A DNA stretch of 64,000 bases from an uncultured Bacillales bacterium (GTDB lineage Bacteria; Bacillota_I; Bacilli_A; RF39; UBA660): positions 7,808-71,807 of the forward strand of contig CAMOID010000002.1 of the NCBI GenBank assembly GCA_946615975.1. Reading direction: 5' to 3'. Position numbers and translations under genes: made by a program. The notes under the pieces were generated by a model that saw only the letters and a list, made by a program, of their open reading frames with translations, ran no database searches and was not told the DNA's origin. The stretch's first letter is position 1; every line of letters begins with the position of its first letter. This document shows positions 1 through 8,408 of this stretch, piece after piece.

Positions 1-130
1 CTTTAAGAGTAATAGTTTTACCAGTTCCTGTTGCTCCTGTTATTAAACCATGTCTATTAGCCATGTTTAATAAAATATTTACTTCAGTATCTTCATTTTT
101 TCCTATTAGTATTTTTCCATTTTTGTACAT
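1..130 (-). CDS. HerA-like / DUF853-family P-loop ATPase; only the N-terminal 43 codons are present because the gene runs off the left edge
   Basis: The reverse complement reads [43 protein letters not shown]. The [15 protein letters not shown] Walker A block is typical of YjgR/DUF853 ATPases. An AGGTGA RBS lies just upstream of the ATG at 130. Confidence 0.6.
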   Translation of the reverse strand, partial: MYKNGKILIGKNEDTEVNILLNMANRHGLITGATGTGKTITLK

Positions 131-156
131 ATATTCTCACCTAGTCTTATTATAGC

Positions 157-186
157 ATAAAAAAAGGACTCTATTAAAGAGTCTTT
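157..186 (-). terminator. Rho-independent terminator after the 97-aa ORF
   Basis: Stem ggactct/agagtct (166-172 / 178-184) is followed on the minus strand by a T-run (A-run 159-165 on plus). The stop codon sits in the loop. Confidence 0.45.
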
Positions 187-467
187 TTATTTTCTTTTGC
201 TCTTTGTTCTTTAAATATTTGTCCTCTTAAAGAAGCTCTGTATTGTCTTACATAAGAAACATATTCTTGGAAAGCATATACACTGTTTTTGATTGATTCT
301 AATCTACTAGAACAATATGAGAAAATAGCCTCATCATCATAATTTTTACATAATAGTTCGATATTATCGATTCCATATTTTGATTGTAATTCTAAGAATT
401 TATCATAATCACTTTTTTCTGATTTCATTATTTCATAAATTTCAAAAATTGCATCATGATCTAACAT
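174..467 (-). CDS. Hypothetical small helical protein (97 aa)
   Basis: Intact ORF with an RBS agaggggga upstream (plus-strand tccccctct at 473-481). No motif recognised. Confidence 0.5.
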   Translation of the reverse strand: MLDHDAIFEIYEIMKSEKSDYDKFLELQSKYGIDNIELLCKNYDDEAIFSYCSSRLESIKNSVYAFQEYVSYVRQYRASLRGQIFKEQRAKENKKTL

Positions 468-534
468 AATTTATCCCCCTCTTTTAATTATGTTTTGTAT
501 TATAACATTTACTATTCTTTTTGTCTAATTTAGA

Positions 535-543
535 TGTTATAAT
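535..543 (+). promoter_or_regulatory. Extended -10 promoter element (TGtTATAAT) for the pfk gene
   Basis: atgtTATAAT lies 25 nt upstream of the ATG at 568. The -35 region is weak. Confidence 0.35.
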
Positions 544-567
544 TTTTTTATAGGAAAGAGGTATGAT

Positions 568-1794
568 ATGAAAAACGTTATTGTAGGACAATCTGGTGGA
601 CCTACTGCTGTTATTAATTCTTCAGTTGCTGGTGTATATAAAAAGGCAAAAGAATTAGGTGTAGAACATGTATATGGAATGGTATACGGAATTGAAGGAT
701 TCTTAGATGAAAATATTATTGATTTAGATGATTATCTAAATAATGATGATAATTATGAATTATTAAAAAGAACTCCTTCTGCATTTTTAGGTTCTTGTAG
801 ATATAAGCTTCCTAAATTTGAAGATGCTAAAGAAGTATATGAGAGAATTTTTGAACTATTAGATAAGTATGAAATTGATGCATTTTTCTATATAGGTGGA
901 AATGATTCGATGGATACAATTAAAATGTTATCTGATTATGCTAAAGAAAATAATAAGAGACAAGTATTTATGGGAGTACCTAAAACAATAGATAATGATT
1001 TACCTATTACAGATCATTGTCCTGGATATGGGTCATCTGCAAAATATATTGCTACTTCATTAAAAGAAGTTATTAGAGATAATGCTTCATTTGGTGTTAA
1101 AAAACCAACTGTATGTATCGTAGAAATTATGGGTAGACATGCTGGATGGTTAGCTGCTGCAGCTGCTTTAGCAAAAGATGAAACATGTGAAGGTGTTGAT
1201 GCTATTTACTTACCTGAATCTAAGTTTGATTTAGATGAATTTGTTTCATTTATAGAAGATTTATCAAAAACTAAACATTCAATTGTTATTGCTGTTTCTG
1301 AAGGTGTTAAAACTGCTGATGGTAAATTTGTATGTGAACTTTCAAATGAACATATTGCGGTAGATGCATTTGGACATAAACAATTAAGTGGATGTGGTCA
1401 AACATTAGCTAATATTGTTGCTACAAGAACAGGATTAAAAACAAGAGCTATTGAATATTCAACATTACAAAGAGCTGCAACTCATATTGCATCTCTTACA
1501 GATGTTAATGAAGCTGAAATGGTTGGTATGAAAGCTGTAGAAGAAGCTAATAATGGTAAAACTGGTATGATGGTTATTATTACTAGAGATGATACAAATG
1601 GATATTCATCTTCTGCTGATACTTATGATATTCATCATATTGCCAATGTAGAAAAGAAAATACCTGCTGAATGGATAGATGAAAAAAATAGAAGTTTAAC
1701 AGAAGAATTTATAAATTATGCTAAACCATTAATTCAAGGAGAACTTACTCCAATCTTTAAAGATGGTTTACCAGTACATTTAATTAGAAAATAA
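568..1794 (+). CDS. pfp: 6-phosphofructokinase, long (408 aa) type with PPi-type specificity residues
   Basis: N-terminal GQSGGPTAVINSS, IGGNDSMDT, PKTIDNDL and MGRHAGWLA motifs of the PFK family. Asp replaces E. coli Gly104 and Lys replaces Gly124. AAGAGGT RBS. Confidence 0.85.
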   Translation: MKNVIVGQSGGPTAVINSSVAGVYKKAKELGVEHVYGMVYGIEGFLDENIIDLDDYLNNDDNYELLKRTPSAFLGSCRYKLPKFEDAKEVYERIFELLDKYEIDAFFYIGGNDSMDTIKMLSDYAKENNKRQVFMGVPKTIDNDLPITDHCPGYGSSAKYIATSLKEVIRDNASFGVKKPTVCIVEIMGRHAGWLAAAAALAKDETCEGVDAIYLPESKFDLDEFVSFIEDLSKTKHSIVIAVSEGVKTADGKFVCELSNEHIAVDAFGHKQLSGCGQTLANIVATRTGLKTRAIEYSTLQRAATHIASLTDVNEAEMVGMKAVEEANNGKTGMMVIITRDDTNGYSSSADTYDIHHIANVEKKIPAEWIDEKNRSLTEEFINYAKPLIQGELTPIFKDGLPVHLIRK

Positions 1795-1823
1795 AAAGAT
1801 AAGCTATTTGCTTATCTTTTTTA
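1795..1823. terminator. Bidirectional terminator between pfk and the sigma factor gene
   Basis: Stem agataagc/gcttatct (1797-1804 / 1810-1817) flanked by an A-run and a T-run. Confidence 0.7.
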
Positions 1824-1847
1824 ATATCATTTTTTCTTTTATATCAA

Positions 1848-4280
1848 CTAGTCTTTATTTAATGATAATTTTTTATTATTTTTATATTTTTCTTGAATAT
1901 ATTTTTGATATATATTTAATATCTTTATATATTCATCTCTTATTGCAACTGGAGTTGTATTAAATGCTTCTGCAACTTCTTTAAATGAATGTTTATGATC
2001 ATCATATTTACCAACTAGTAAATCTAATATGATTTTATCCCTTAATTCTAATTGACCTATTAATTCAGAATAACTTAAATTTAAAATCATTTCTAATAGA
2101 TATTCATTTTCATAGTCAATTTCAAATTTAGTTGAAGATGTTTCTGTTGATTTTTTATCAGATACTAAAATTGGTTCTTCTACAACTAAGTTTCTTTCTT
2201 TTATAGTTTCTTGTTTTTCTTTAGGTTTTCTACCTCTTCTTTTAGCTGGTTCTTTTGGATTTAATACCTTTTCAACTTTTGCTTTAAATTTTCTTAAAAT
2301 ATTAGTATACAATTTAAGATTTTCTTCATGTGTTAATTTAGTAACAATTGGATTATTAAAATCTCCACCTAGTTTTTTAGCCATTAAATCAACTTCAACT
2401 GGATTCATTTCACTTAATACTTGATCTACTACTTCTCTAGGAGCATCTACATATGTATATATATCTACAAATGGTACTCTTTCTTTTCTTGAACTTACTA
2501 CTTTAATTGGTTCTGTTTTTTCATTATTTGTCATATTTTTTTCTCCTTTCTTTAAAACTGGTATATTTTCTCTTTTTATTGTTTTATTTTTTCTAGATGA
2601 TATTACTTTTGGAACACAATCTTGATATAAATCTCCTTCGTATTCATCTGGTCTTCTTTCATTTATTTGTTTTTCTTTTTTCTTTTTCTTCTTAGTATAT
2701 GATGATTTATAAGAATCTAATAAACTTAAATCAGATAGATTTCTTTTTTGTTTCTTAATTTTATCTTTTATAGTATCATCATCTATTTTTATTTCATCCT
2801 CAGTAGAAATATAATCTAATGTCATTTGTTTGAATTTTCTATTATTTCTTAGTTTATTTAATGCTTTTGATTCTATTTGTCTTATACGTTCACGAGTAAC
2901 ATTGAAAATTTTACCTACTTCCTCTAGTGTTCTTTTTGAACCTGTATCTAATCCAAATCTAAGAATTAATACCTCTTTTTCTTTATCTGTTAAATTACTT
3001 GATTTTAAGCCTTCTCTTACATCTTCTATTAGTTTAGATGAAATAGCTTCATCTTCTATTAAATCTTTTTCATCATTGACAAAATCACCTAATTCAGTGG
3101 CTACTCCATGATCATCTTCACCTATAGGTTGATTTAATGAAGTTGCATCAGCTTGTAACTTTAACATATATTCAACTGATTCAACTGAGACACCTGTTTC
3201 TTCAGCTATTTCATACGCTGTTGGTTCGTGAGCTAAATCAGTTTTAATTTTATTATAAACGGATGTAAACGAATTCATCTTTTCAACCATATGAACTGGC
3301 AATCTTATAGTTCTTGCTTTATCAGCAATTCCTCTTGTTATTGCTTGTCTAATCCACCATGTAGCATATGTAGAAAATTTATAACCTTTTCTTACATCAA
3401 ATTTATCTATTCCTTTCATTAATCCAATGTTACCTTCTTGGATTATATCTAGAAATTGCATACCTCTTCCTGTATATTTTTTAGCTATAGAAACAACTAA
3501 ACGTAAATTAGCTTCTGCTAATTTTTTCTTAGCATCTTCATCACCATTTAAAATTCTATATCCTAATCTTACTTCTTCATCTAATGATAAAAGTGGTATT
3601 CTACCTATTTCTTTTAAATATTGTTTTACTGGATCTAAATCTACAAATTTTTCTTCATTTTCTTTATCAATTTTAAATTCAGATAAATCTAAATCTATTT
3701 TAATATCAATTTGATTTAATTCAGCATATGTTTCAATTAATGAAGTTAAAGTTATATCATCAAATATATCTGTGTATTCACCTGCTTCAATCACTGGTTT
3801 ATATTCATCAAATATAATTTTCATATAATCTTGTATTGTTTTATTATTTTCAATTATATATTTTAATACATCCAGACCAACTAAAACTTTGTTAAGTCCT
3901 ATAAATCTTGATATTTTCTTTATTTCTTTAACTATATCATCTATATCTTTTTTATTTTTTAAATTCTTATTAATAAAGTTATTTATTATTTCTTTAAATG
4001 TATCTGTTTCTTGAATATCAATTAAATATTTAGATATTCCCATTCTAATTGATGCAATAAAATATGATTTATAATCATATTTAGAATTTTTACTATATTT
4101 ACTAAAAGAATCTGATATTTGACTTTTTGCTAGTTTATCAAATTCATTTTTTGGCATATTAAGAAAACTATACTCTTTGTATAATTTATCAATATCTACT
4201 GATAAATCAGATAGAAGATCTTCATAACTTAGTTGCTTAAATTTATCATAATCATTCTTCATAAACTTATTATAAAACAA
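1848..4280 (-). CDS. sigA: Primary-type sigma-70 factor (RpoD/SigA-like), 810 aa, with lineage-specific N-terminal (~215 aa) and C-terminal (~325 aa) extensions
   Basis: Region 1.2 [17 protein letters not shown]; region 2 [61 protein letters not shown]; region 4.2 [28 protein letters not shown] (aa ~215-480). About 325 further in-frame residues follow. Confidence 0.85.
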   Translation of the reverse strand: MFYNKFMKNDYDKFKQLSYEDLLSDLSVDIDKLYKEYSFLNMPKNEFDKLAKSQISDSFSKYSKNSKYDYKSYFIASIRMGISKYLIDIQETDTFKEIINNFINKNLKNKKDIDDIVKEIKKISRFIGLNKVLVGLDVLKYIIENNKTIQDYMKIIFDEYKPVIEAGEYTDIFDDITLTSLIETYAELNQIDIKIDLDLSEFKIDKENEEKFVDLDPVKQYLKEIGRIPLLSLDEEVRLGYRILNGDEDAKKKLAEANLRLVVSIAKKYTGRGMQFLDIIQEGNIGLMKGIDKFDVRKGYKFSTYATWWIRQAITRGIADKARTIRLPVHMVEKMNSFTSVYNKIKTDLAHEPTAYEIAEETGVSVESVEYMLKLQADATSLNQPIGEDDHGVATELGDFVNDEKDLIEDEAISSKLIEDVREGLKSSNLTDKEKEVLILRFGLDTGSKRTLEEVGKIFNVTRERIRQIESKALNKLRNNRKFKQMTLDYISTEDEIKIDDDTIKDKIKKQKRNLSDLSLLDSYKSSYTKKKKKKEKQINERRPDEYEGDLYQDCVPKVISSRKNKTIKRENIPVLKKGEKNMTNNEKTEPIKVVSSRKERVPFVDIYTYVDAPREVVDQVLSEMNPVEVDLMAKKLGGDFNNPIVTKLTHEENLKLYTNILRKFKAKVEKVLNPKEPAKRRGRKPKEKQETIKERNLVVEEPILVSDKKSTETSSTKFEIDYENEYLLEMILNLSYSELIGQLELRDKIILDLLVGKYDDHKHSFKEVAEAFNTTPVAIRDEYIKILNIYQKYIQEKYKNNKKLSLNKD

Positions 4281-4332
4281 TAATATTTAAATATACAAGA
4301 AAAAAATGTATAATGGATATAAGGTGAAAAAT

Positions 4333-4791
4333 ATGTTTTTTAAAGATGAAATAAATAAGTATAAAGATACTAATATTAAACTATTTGTTGATATGGATGG
4401 TTGTATAGCTGATTATGAAGTAAATAATCCAAAAGAATATAATAAAAAAAGACCTCTTTTTAGTAATATTAAATTATTAGAAGAAGTATCTAAATTAGAT
4501 AATGTAGAATTATTTATATTATCTATTACTAGATTTAATCCTGGATTTGAAGAAAAACATGAATGGTTAGATAAATATGTTCCTTTTATAGATAAAGATC
4601 ATAGAATAATAATTTCTAGAGAAGCTAATAATATGGTTAAATCTCCTGAATTAAAAGCTAAATATTTAAAACAATATAAAGATAGTAAAGATACTATAAT
4701 ATTAATAGATGATGATCCAAGAATATTAGAAGCTGTATCTGATATGGTTCCTAATGTTATTCTTTATAAAGATACAGTATTTATAGATTAA
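4333..4791 (+). CDS. HAD-superfamily 5'(3')-deoxyribonucleotidase-like phosphatase
   Basis: DxDxT-type motif LFVDMDGCIADYE near the N-terminus and IDDDP near the C-terminus. I prefer the ATG at 4333 (AAGGTGA RBS at 4321) over the ORF-track start at 4306. Confidence 0.55.
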   Translation: MFFKDEINKYKDTNIKLFVDMDGCIADYEVNNPKEYNKKRPLFSNIKLLEEVSKLDNVELFILSITRFNPGFEEKHEWLDKYVPFIDKDHRIIISREANNMVKSPELKAKYLKQYKDSKDTIILIDDDPRILEAVSDMVPNVILYKDTVFID

Positions 4792-4822
4792 AAAAGATAG
4801 ATTATTAAATCTATCTTTTTTT
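4792..4822. terminator. Bidirectional terminator (nucleotidase on plus / GGDEF gene on minus)
   Basis: Stem gatagat/atctatc (4796-4802 / 4809-4815) with flanking A- and T-runs. Confidence 0.7.
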
Positions 4823-5903
4823 ATCCTATTACTTTATTTCTACCAGAATGTTTTGCTTTATATAGATTATTATCAGCAATACTTACTGCTTCTTGTAATG
4901 TCTTAAAATCAAATATTTGGGCACTTCCTATAGAAATAGTAATATTAATTTTCTTTTTATTTTCTAGAACAAATTTATTTTTACCTACTTTTGTTTTTAA
5001 TCTTTTTAATAAATCTACAAAATCATTATATCTAATATCATATGAACCAATTATAACGAATTCTTCTCCGCCCCATCTACCAACAATAATATTATTATTA
5101 GAATATGTTCTTAGTATTGCCGCTAAATCTTGTAATACTATATCTCCTGATGCATGACCATATGTATCATTTACTTTCTTAAAGAAGTCTATATCCAATA
5201 TTGCTACATTGAATGGTTTATTTAATTCCTTACATTTATTTATTATATTAGAACCTATTTCTTCTAAGGCATGTCTATTATATATTTTAGTTAATTCATC
5301 AAAATCAGCTTTTCTAGTTAATTCTAATTCTTTTCTTTCTTTATTATATGTATATGTAATTGCAAACATAATTATAGTAAAGAATGCTACCATATTATTA
5401 AAAGTAAATATAAATCTTAACATTATATCAGGTACTTCAATAGATATCTTAAATGGTATTGTACATATTAATACTGCAAATAAGAAATAAGTAAAAATCA
5501 TTAAACCTGTAAAAATAAATGTTTTTTTATAATTATTTTTTTGAGTATCTGTGTTAAATGCTGGTAAGAATGCTGCTGCAACTAATCCAAATATCCAGTT
5601 TTGGAATGATGCATGCCATCCAAATGCACACATAGCTAATAACATATGAATCCATATTTCAATAAAAGCAAATGATATATATGTATTTTTATGTAATACA
5701 CAAAATTTATAACATGATAAATAAAATAAAATAGATAATATATTAACATATATCATAAACTCATGTTTTAATAATACATAACATACCATTAAAACTATAT
5801 GAACCATAATTAAAAATAGATTAACAAAGAATACTGTTGCTTCTATCTTTCCATTATAAGTATCTTTATTTTTTAATATTTCTCTAACAAACATATGAAC
5901 CAC
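4821..5903 (-). CDS. Membrane-bound diguanylate cyclase (multi-TM N-terminal domain plus GGDEF domain)
   Basis: About 6 hydrophobic segments, then DELTKIYNRHALEE, ILDIDFFKKVNDTYGH and RWGGEEFVII (GGEEF active site). Confidence 0.85.
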   Translation of the reverse strand: MVHMFVREILKNKDTYNGKIEATVFFVNLFLIMVHIVLMVCYVLLKHEFMIYVNILSILFYLSCYKFCVLHKNTYISFAFIEIWIHMLLAMCAFGWHASFQNWIFGLVAAAFLPAFNTDTQKNNYKKTFIFTGLMIFTYFLFAVLICTIPFKISIEVPDIMLRFIFTFNNMVAFFTIIMFAITYTYNKERKELELTRKADFDELTKIYNRHALEEIGSNIINKCKELNKPFNVAILDIDFFKKVNDTYGHASGDIVLQDLAAILRTYSNNNIIVGRWGGEEFVIIGSYDIRYNDFVDLLKRLKTKVGKNKFVLENKKKINITISIGSAQIFDFKTLQEAVSIADNNLYKAKHSGRNKVIG

Positions 5904-5956
5904 TCTCTTCTAATTCATTATAAATTAGCATTATATATAAATGCAATAGAATAAAT

Positions 5957-5984
5957 AAAAAAACTCAAGTATTACTTGAGTTTT
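5957..5984 (-). terminator. Terminator downstream of tRNA-Met
   Basis: Stem ctcaagt/acttgag (5964-5970 / 5974-5980) followed by TTTTTTT on the minus strand. Confidence 0.7.
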
Positions 5985-5992
5985 ATATTCAA

Positions 5993-6069
5993 TGGTAGCG
6001 ACGGGGAGATTCGAACTCTCGACACCACGGGTATGAACCGTGTGCTCTAGCCAACTGAGCTACATCGCC
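5993..6069 (-). tRNA. tRNA-Met (anticodon CAT), elongator-like; a lysidine-modified tRNA-Ile2 is not excluded
   Basis: The reverse complement GGCGATGTAGCTCAGTTGGCTAGAGCACACGGTTCATACCCGTGGTGTCGAGAGTTCGAATCTCCCCGTCGCTACCA folds as a cloverleaf with anticodon loop TTCATAC and an encoded CCA. There is one A:C mismatch in the T stem. It lacks the initiator features (1:72 mismatch and the GGG:CCC anticodon stem). Confidence 0.85.
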
Positions 6070-6084
6070 ATTTCGCATGTATAA

Positions 6085-6114
6085 ATAATAACACTTTTTA
6101 TATAATTAAGTCAA
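6085..6114 (-). promoter_or_regulatory. Sigma-A-type promoter for tRNA-Met
   Basis: Minus strand TTGACT-18 nt-TATTAT, about 15 nt upstream of the mature 5' end. Confidence 0.45.
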
Positions 6115-6140
6115 TAAAAAAATGGAGATTATTCTCCATT
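6114..6140 (-). terminator. Terminator after the 300-aa membrane-anchored protein gene
   Basis: Stem aatggaga/tctccatt (6121-6128 / 6133-6140) followed by a T7 run on the minus strand. Confidence 0.65.
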
Positions 6141-7031
6141 TGTTAAATATACTATTCTACCATCTGATAGAGTTGCTCTATAAAGGAATCCAACAATGTA
6201 ATTATATTTATTATATACATATATTATTTCACCATCATCTACAATAGATCCTTCATATCCTGCTGGTAAATAATTTGATAAATCATCTTCAGCCATTTCA
6301 TATAAATATCTATATCTATCATTTGTAGTAACTTCTTCAGGATCTAATGCTTTAACATATGAAACAACATATGTTTTCTTATCCCAATCACCATAATCAC
6401 GAGATAATCTAACAGGTGTTAAATCCTTTTTCATTTCATCTGATAATGAGTATCCTTTTTTTACAATTAATTTAGTATCTTTTACTACTTGATTATCATA
6501 TAAGTCTTTAACAATGATTGATACCTTATGTGTACCTTCCTTTTTATATAAATCTTCATCTGATGGATTCTTATATGATGCTACACATGGTTTTGAATAT
6601 TCATTACAAGTAGCAATAAATAAATCTACTTCAAAATCTTCATCTAATCCAACTGTTAATTCTTGAAGAGTTACTTCAGGTGCTTTAGTATCTTTTACTT
6701 CTACTGCTACTTTTGTATCTTTACCATTGTACCTAACAGTAAATGTATAATTACCAGCTTTAGTAACTTTACCATCTTCTACTTTAAAATGATCATCTAC
6801 AATTAACTTATATTTATCTTTATTAAGGATAGTATTATTTACGTATGCAGATACATCTTCTTTATATGTATCTCCTACTTCATATACTACTTTTTCCTTA
6901 GCATCAAACATATATCTCTTATATAAGAATAATCCTAGTCCAATTAATAAAACAATTATAATAGTTAATCTTATATATTTAATTTTATTACCATGTTCTT
7001 CATATACAAATTCTTCATCCATTAGAACCAC
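6129..7031 (-). CDS. Membrane-anchored extracellular protein with Ig-like (DUF5011-like) module
   Basis: N-terminal TM IRLTIIIVLLIGLGLFLY, then KAGNYTFTVRYNGKDTKVAVEVKDTKAPEV and EGTHKVSIIVKDLYDNQVV, patterns typical of bacterial Ig-like domains. Confidence 0.5.
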   Translation of the reverse strand: MVLMDEEFVYEEHGNKIKYIRLTIIIVLLIGLGLFLYKRYMFDAKEKVVYEVGDTYKEDVSAYVNNTILNKDKYKLIVDDHFKVEDGKVTKAGNYTFTVRYNGKDTKVAVEVKDTKAPEVTLQELTVGLDEDFEVDLFIATCNEYSKPCVASYKNPSDEDLYKKEGTHKVSIIVKDLYDNQVVKDTKLIVKKGYSLSDEMKKDLTPVRLSRDYGDWDKKTYVVSYVKALDPEEVTTNDRYRYLYEMAEDDLSNYLPAGYEGSIVDDGEIIYVYNKYNYIVGFLYRATLSDGRIVYLTNGE

Positions 7032-7396
7032 CTACTAAAATATATATTTCTTGTATAACCTACTTCATAGTTATCAAATACTTTTATTATCCAATTAACT
7101 ATAGCGGTTAATATATCTTCATCTTTTCTTACTTTAATCTTTTTCATTTCAGATCTTAATTCTTTTCTAAAGAAATAATCTGAAATATATTTATCTAATA
7201 TCTTATCTACTTGCTCTAATTTAGTTAATTCATTTTTATCATTTATATCTACTTTAAATACATAATCTTTATAGACATCTATTAATCTTTCAGATAAATC
7301 ATCATCTTCATAGTATTCAAAGTTTATGATTTTATAAAAATTAGGACAGTACTTTAAGACTTGCTTATTCTTATTCATGAAGATCTTACCTTTCAT
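7022..7396 (-). CDS. Hypothetical protein (124 aa)
   Basis: Intact ORF overlapping the downstream gene by 10 nt (coupled). No motif recognised. Confidence 0.45.
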   Translation of the reverse strand: MKGKIFMNKNKQVLKYCPNFYKIINFEYYEDDDLSERLIDVYKDYVFKVDINDKNELTKLEQVDKILDKYISDYFFRKELRSEMKKIKVRKDEDILTAIVNWIIKVFDNYEVGYTRNIYFSRWF

Positions 7397-7411
7397 ATAT
7401 AAATTATACTA

Positions 7412-7450
7412 TAAAAACAAAAAAAATAACATATTTAAATATGTTATTTT
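7412..7450 (-). terminator. Terminator after rpmF
   Basis: Perfect 24-nt palindrome aataacatatttaaatatgttatt (7425-7448) followed by a long T-run on the minus strand. Confidence 0.7.
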
Positions 7451-7484
7451 AAGACGTCTTATTTTATTTAAATCAGGAACGAAA

Positions 7485-7673
7485 TTATTCCTCAGTTTTA
7501 TCAGTTTTTACTACTTCTTTTCCTTTATAGTTTCCACATTCAGGACAAGCTCTATGTGGCTTAATTGCTGCACCACAGTTTGGACATGTAGTTAATCCTG
7601 GTAATTCTTTCTTTAAATGAGTACGACGCATTCTCTTTTTAGTTTTACTAGTTCTTCTAAATGGAACTGCCAT
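7485..7673 (-). CDS. rpmF: 50S ribosomal protein L32 (zinc-ribbon C4 form)
   Basis: [19 protein letters not shown]...[25 protein letters not shown]. Confidence 0.95.
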   Translation of the reverse strand: MAVPFRRTSKTKKRMRRTHLKKELPGLTTCPNCGAAIKPHRACPECGNYKGKEVVKTDKTEE

Positions 7674-7702
7674 AATTTCACTCCTCTCTTAAAGTAATAA
7701 TC

Positions 7703-8116
7703 TTAGTCATTACTTGTGTATTGCCAACCATCCCCATTAAGTTCTTTTGGTTCAGAACCATCAGTAACTCTAATAGGAACTTCCGAAACAATATTTTCCC
7801 ATATTAAGCTTAAAATATCAAGTGAATTTTGCTTTTTATTGAAAAAATTGTCTATATTTCCATAATTTTCATCGATTTCTGTTTCAAAATCATAAGAAAT
7901 ATCTTCTAATGTAACTGAATTAGGTAATATAAATGTACCTGTTACAACTAAATTAGCTACTAATTCTTCTAATGAATTAATACTTAATGTTCCTTCAACA
8001 TGAGTATTTTTAATATCTCTTATTTCAGTACCCTTAAAATACTCTTCATTAAAAGTTACATCAGTATCTATATTAATTGTATTATCATAATTAAATTTTC
8101 TTAAATCTATATTCAT
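7703..8116 (-). CDS. yceD: YceD/DUF177 family protein (large-subunit rRNA accumulation protein)
   Basis: Acidic ~137-aa protein immediately upstream of rpmF (conserved pairing), with a C-terminal ...VPIRV...DGW region. Confidence 0.75.
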   Translation of the reverse strand: MNIDLRKFNYDNTINIDTDVTFNEEYFKGTEIRDIKNTHVEGTLSINSLEELVANLVVTGTFILPNSVTLEDISYDFETEIDENYGNIDNFFNKKQNSLDILSLIWENIVSEVPIRVTDGSEPKELNGDGWQYTSND

Positions 8117-8117
8117 A

Positions 8118-8348
8118 TTACTTATATCTATTCATTTGAGCCATTACTTGATTAACTTGTGCTTTACTTGGCTTTCTACCCATTTGGCTCATCATAGCCT
8201 CTATCATTTTTTCATTGATTGGAGGATTCTTTTTTAAGTATTTCATCATAACTGTTCTTGAAACAAAATATCCAATTATAACACCTACTACTAATCCACC
8301 AATTAAATATAAAATATCAACAGCGATTTGTGCGATTCCTAATAACAT
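8118..8348 (-). CDS. yneF: UPF0154 (YneF) small membrane protein
   Basis: Single N-terminal TM followed by KYLKKNPPINEKMIEAMMSQMGRKPSKAQVNQVM, the UPF0154 signature region. Confidence 0.75.
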   Translation of the reverse strand: MLLGIAQIAVDILYLIGGLVVGVIIGYFVSRTVMMKYLKKNPPINEKMIEAMMSQMGRKPSKAQVNQVMAQMNRYK

Positions 8349-8375
8349 CTTTTATCTCTCCTTTGTACCAATATT

Positions 8376-8408
8376 ATATAAAAATACTTGTTTTTAAACA
8401 AGTATTTT
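8376..8408 (-). terminator. Terminator after helD
   Basis: Stem atacttgt/acaagtat (8384-8391 / 8398-8405) followed by TTTTTAT on the minus strand. A TATAAT for yneF lies directly downstream. Confidence 0.5.

Noticed and set aside
2670-2693. The A-rich stretch encoding KKKKKKEK in the sigma gene, as a programmed frameshift site or a point where two genes were fused by a sequencing error.
   Set aside because: The frame stays open for a further ~270 codons and encodes coherent, sigma-related sequence. I keep it only as a caveat to the sigma-extension finding.
2830-3714. Plus-strand ORFs 2830..3111 and 3427..3714 inside the sigma factor gene.
   Set aside because: They are antisense to a strongly supported CDS. 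Their composition is Ser/Leu/Phe-rich, typical of reading AT-rich coding DNA backwards, and they have no RBS.
7451-7460. The perfect 10-nt palindrome AAGACGTCTT between the rpmF stop and its terminator.
   Set aside because: It is a single short occurrence with no partner site or adjacent regulator, and is probably chance.
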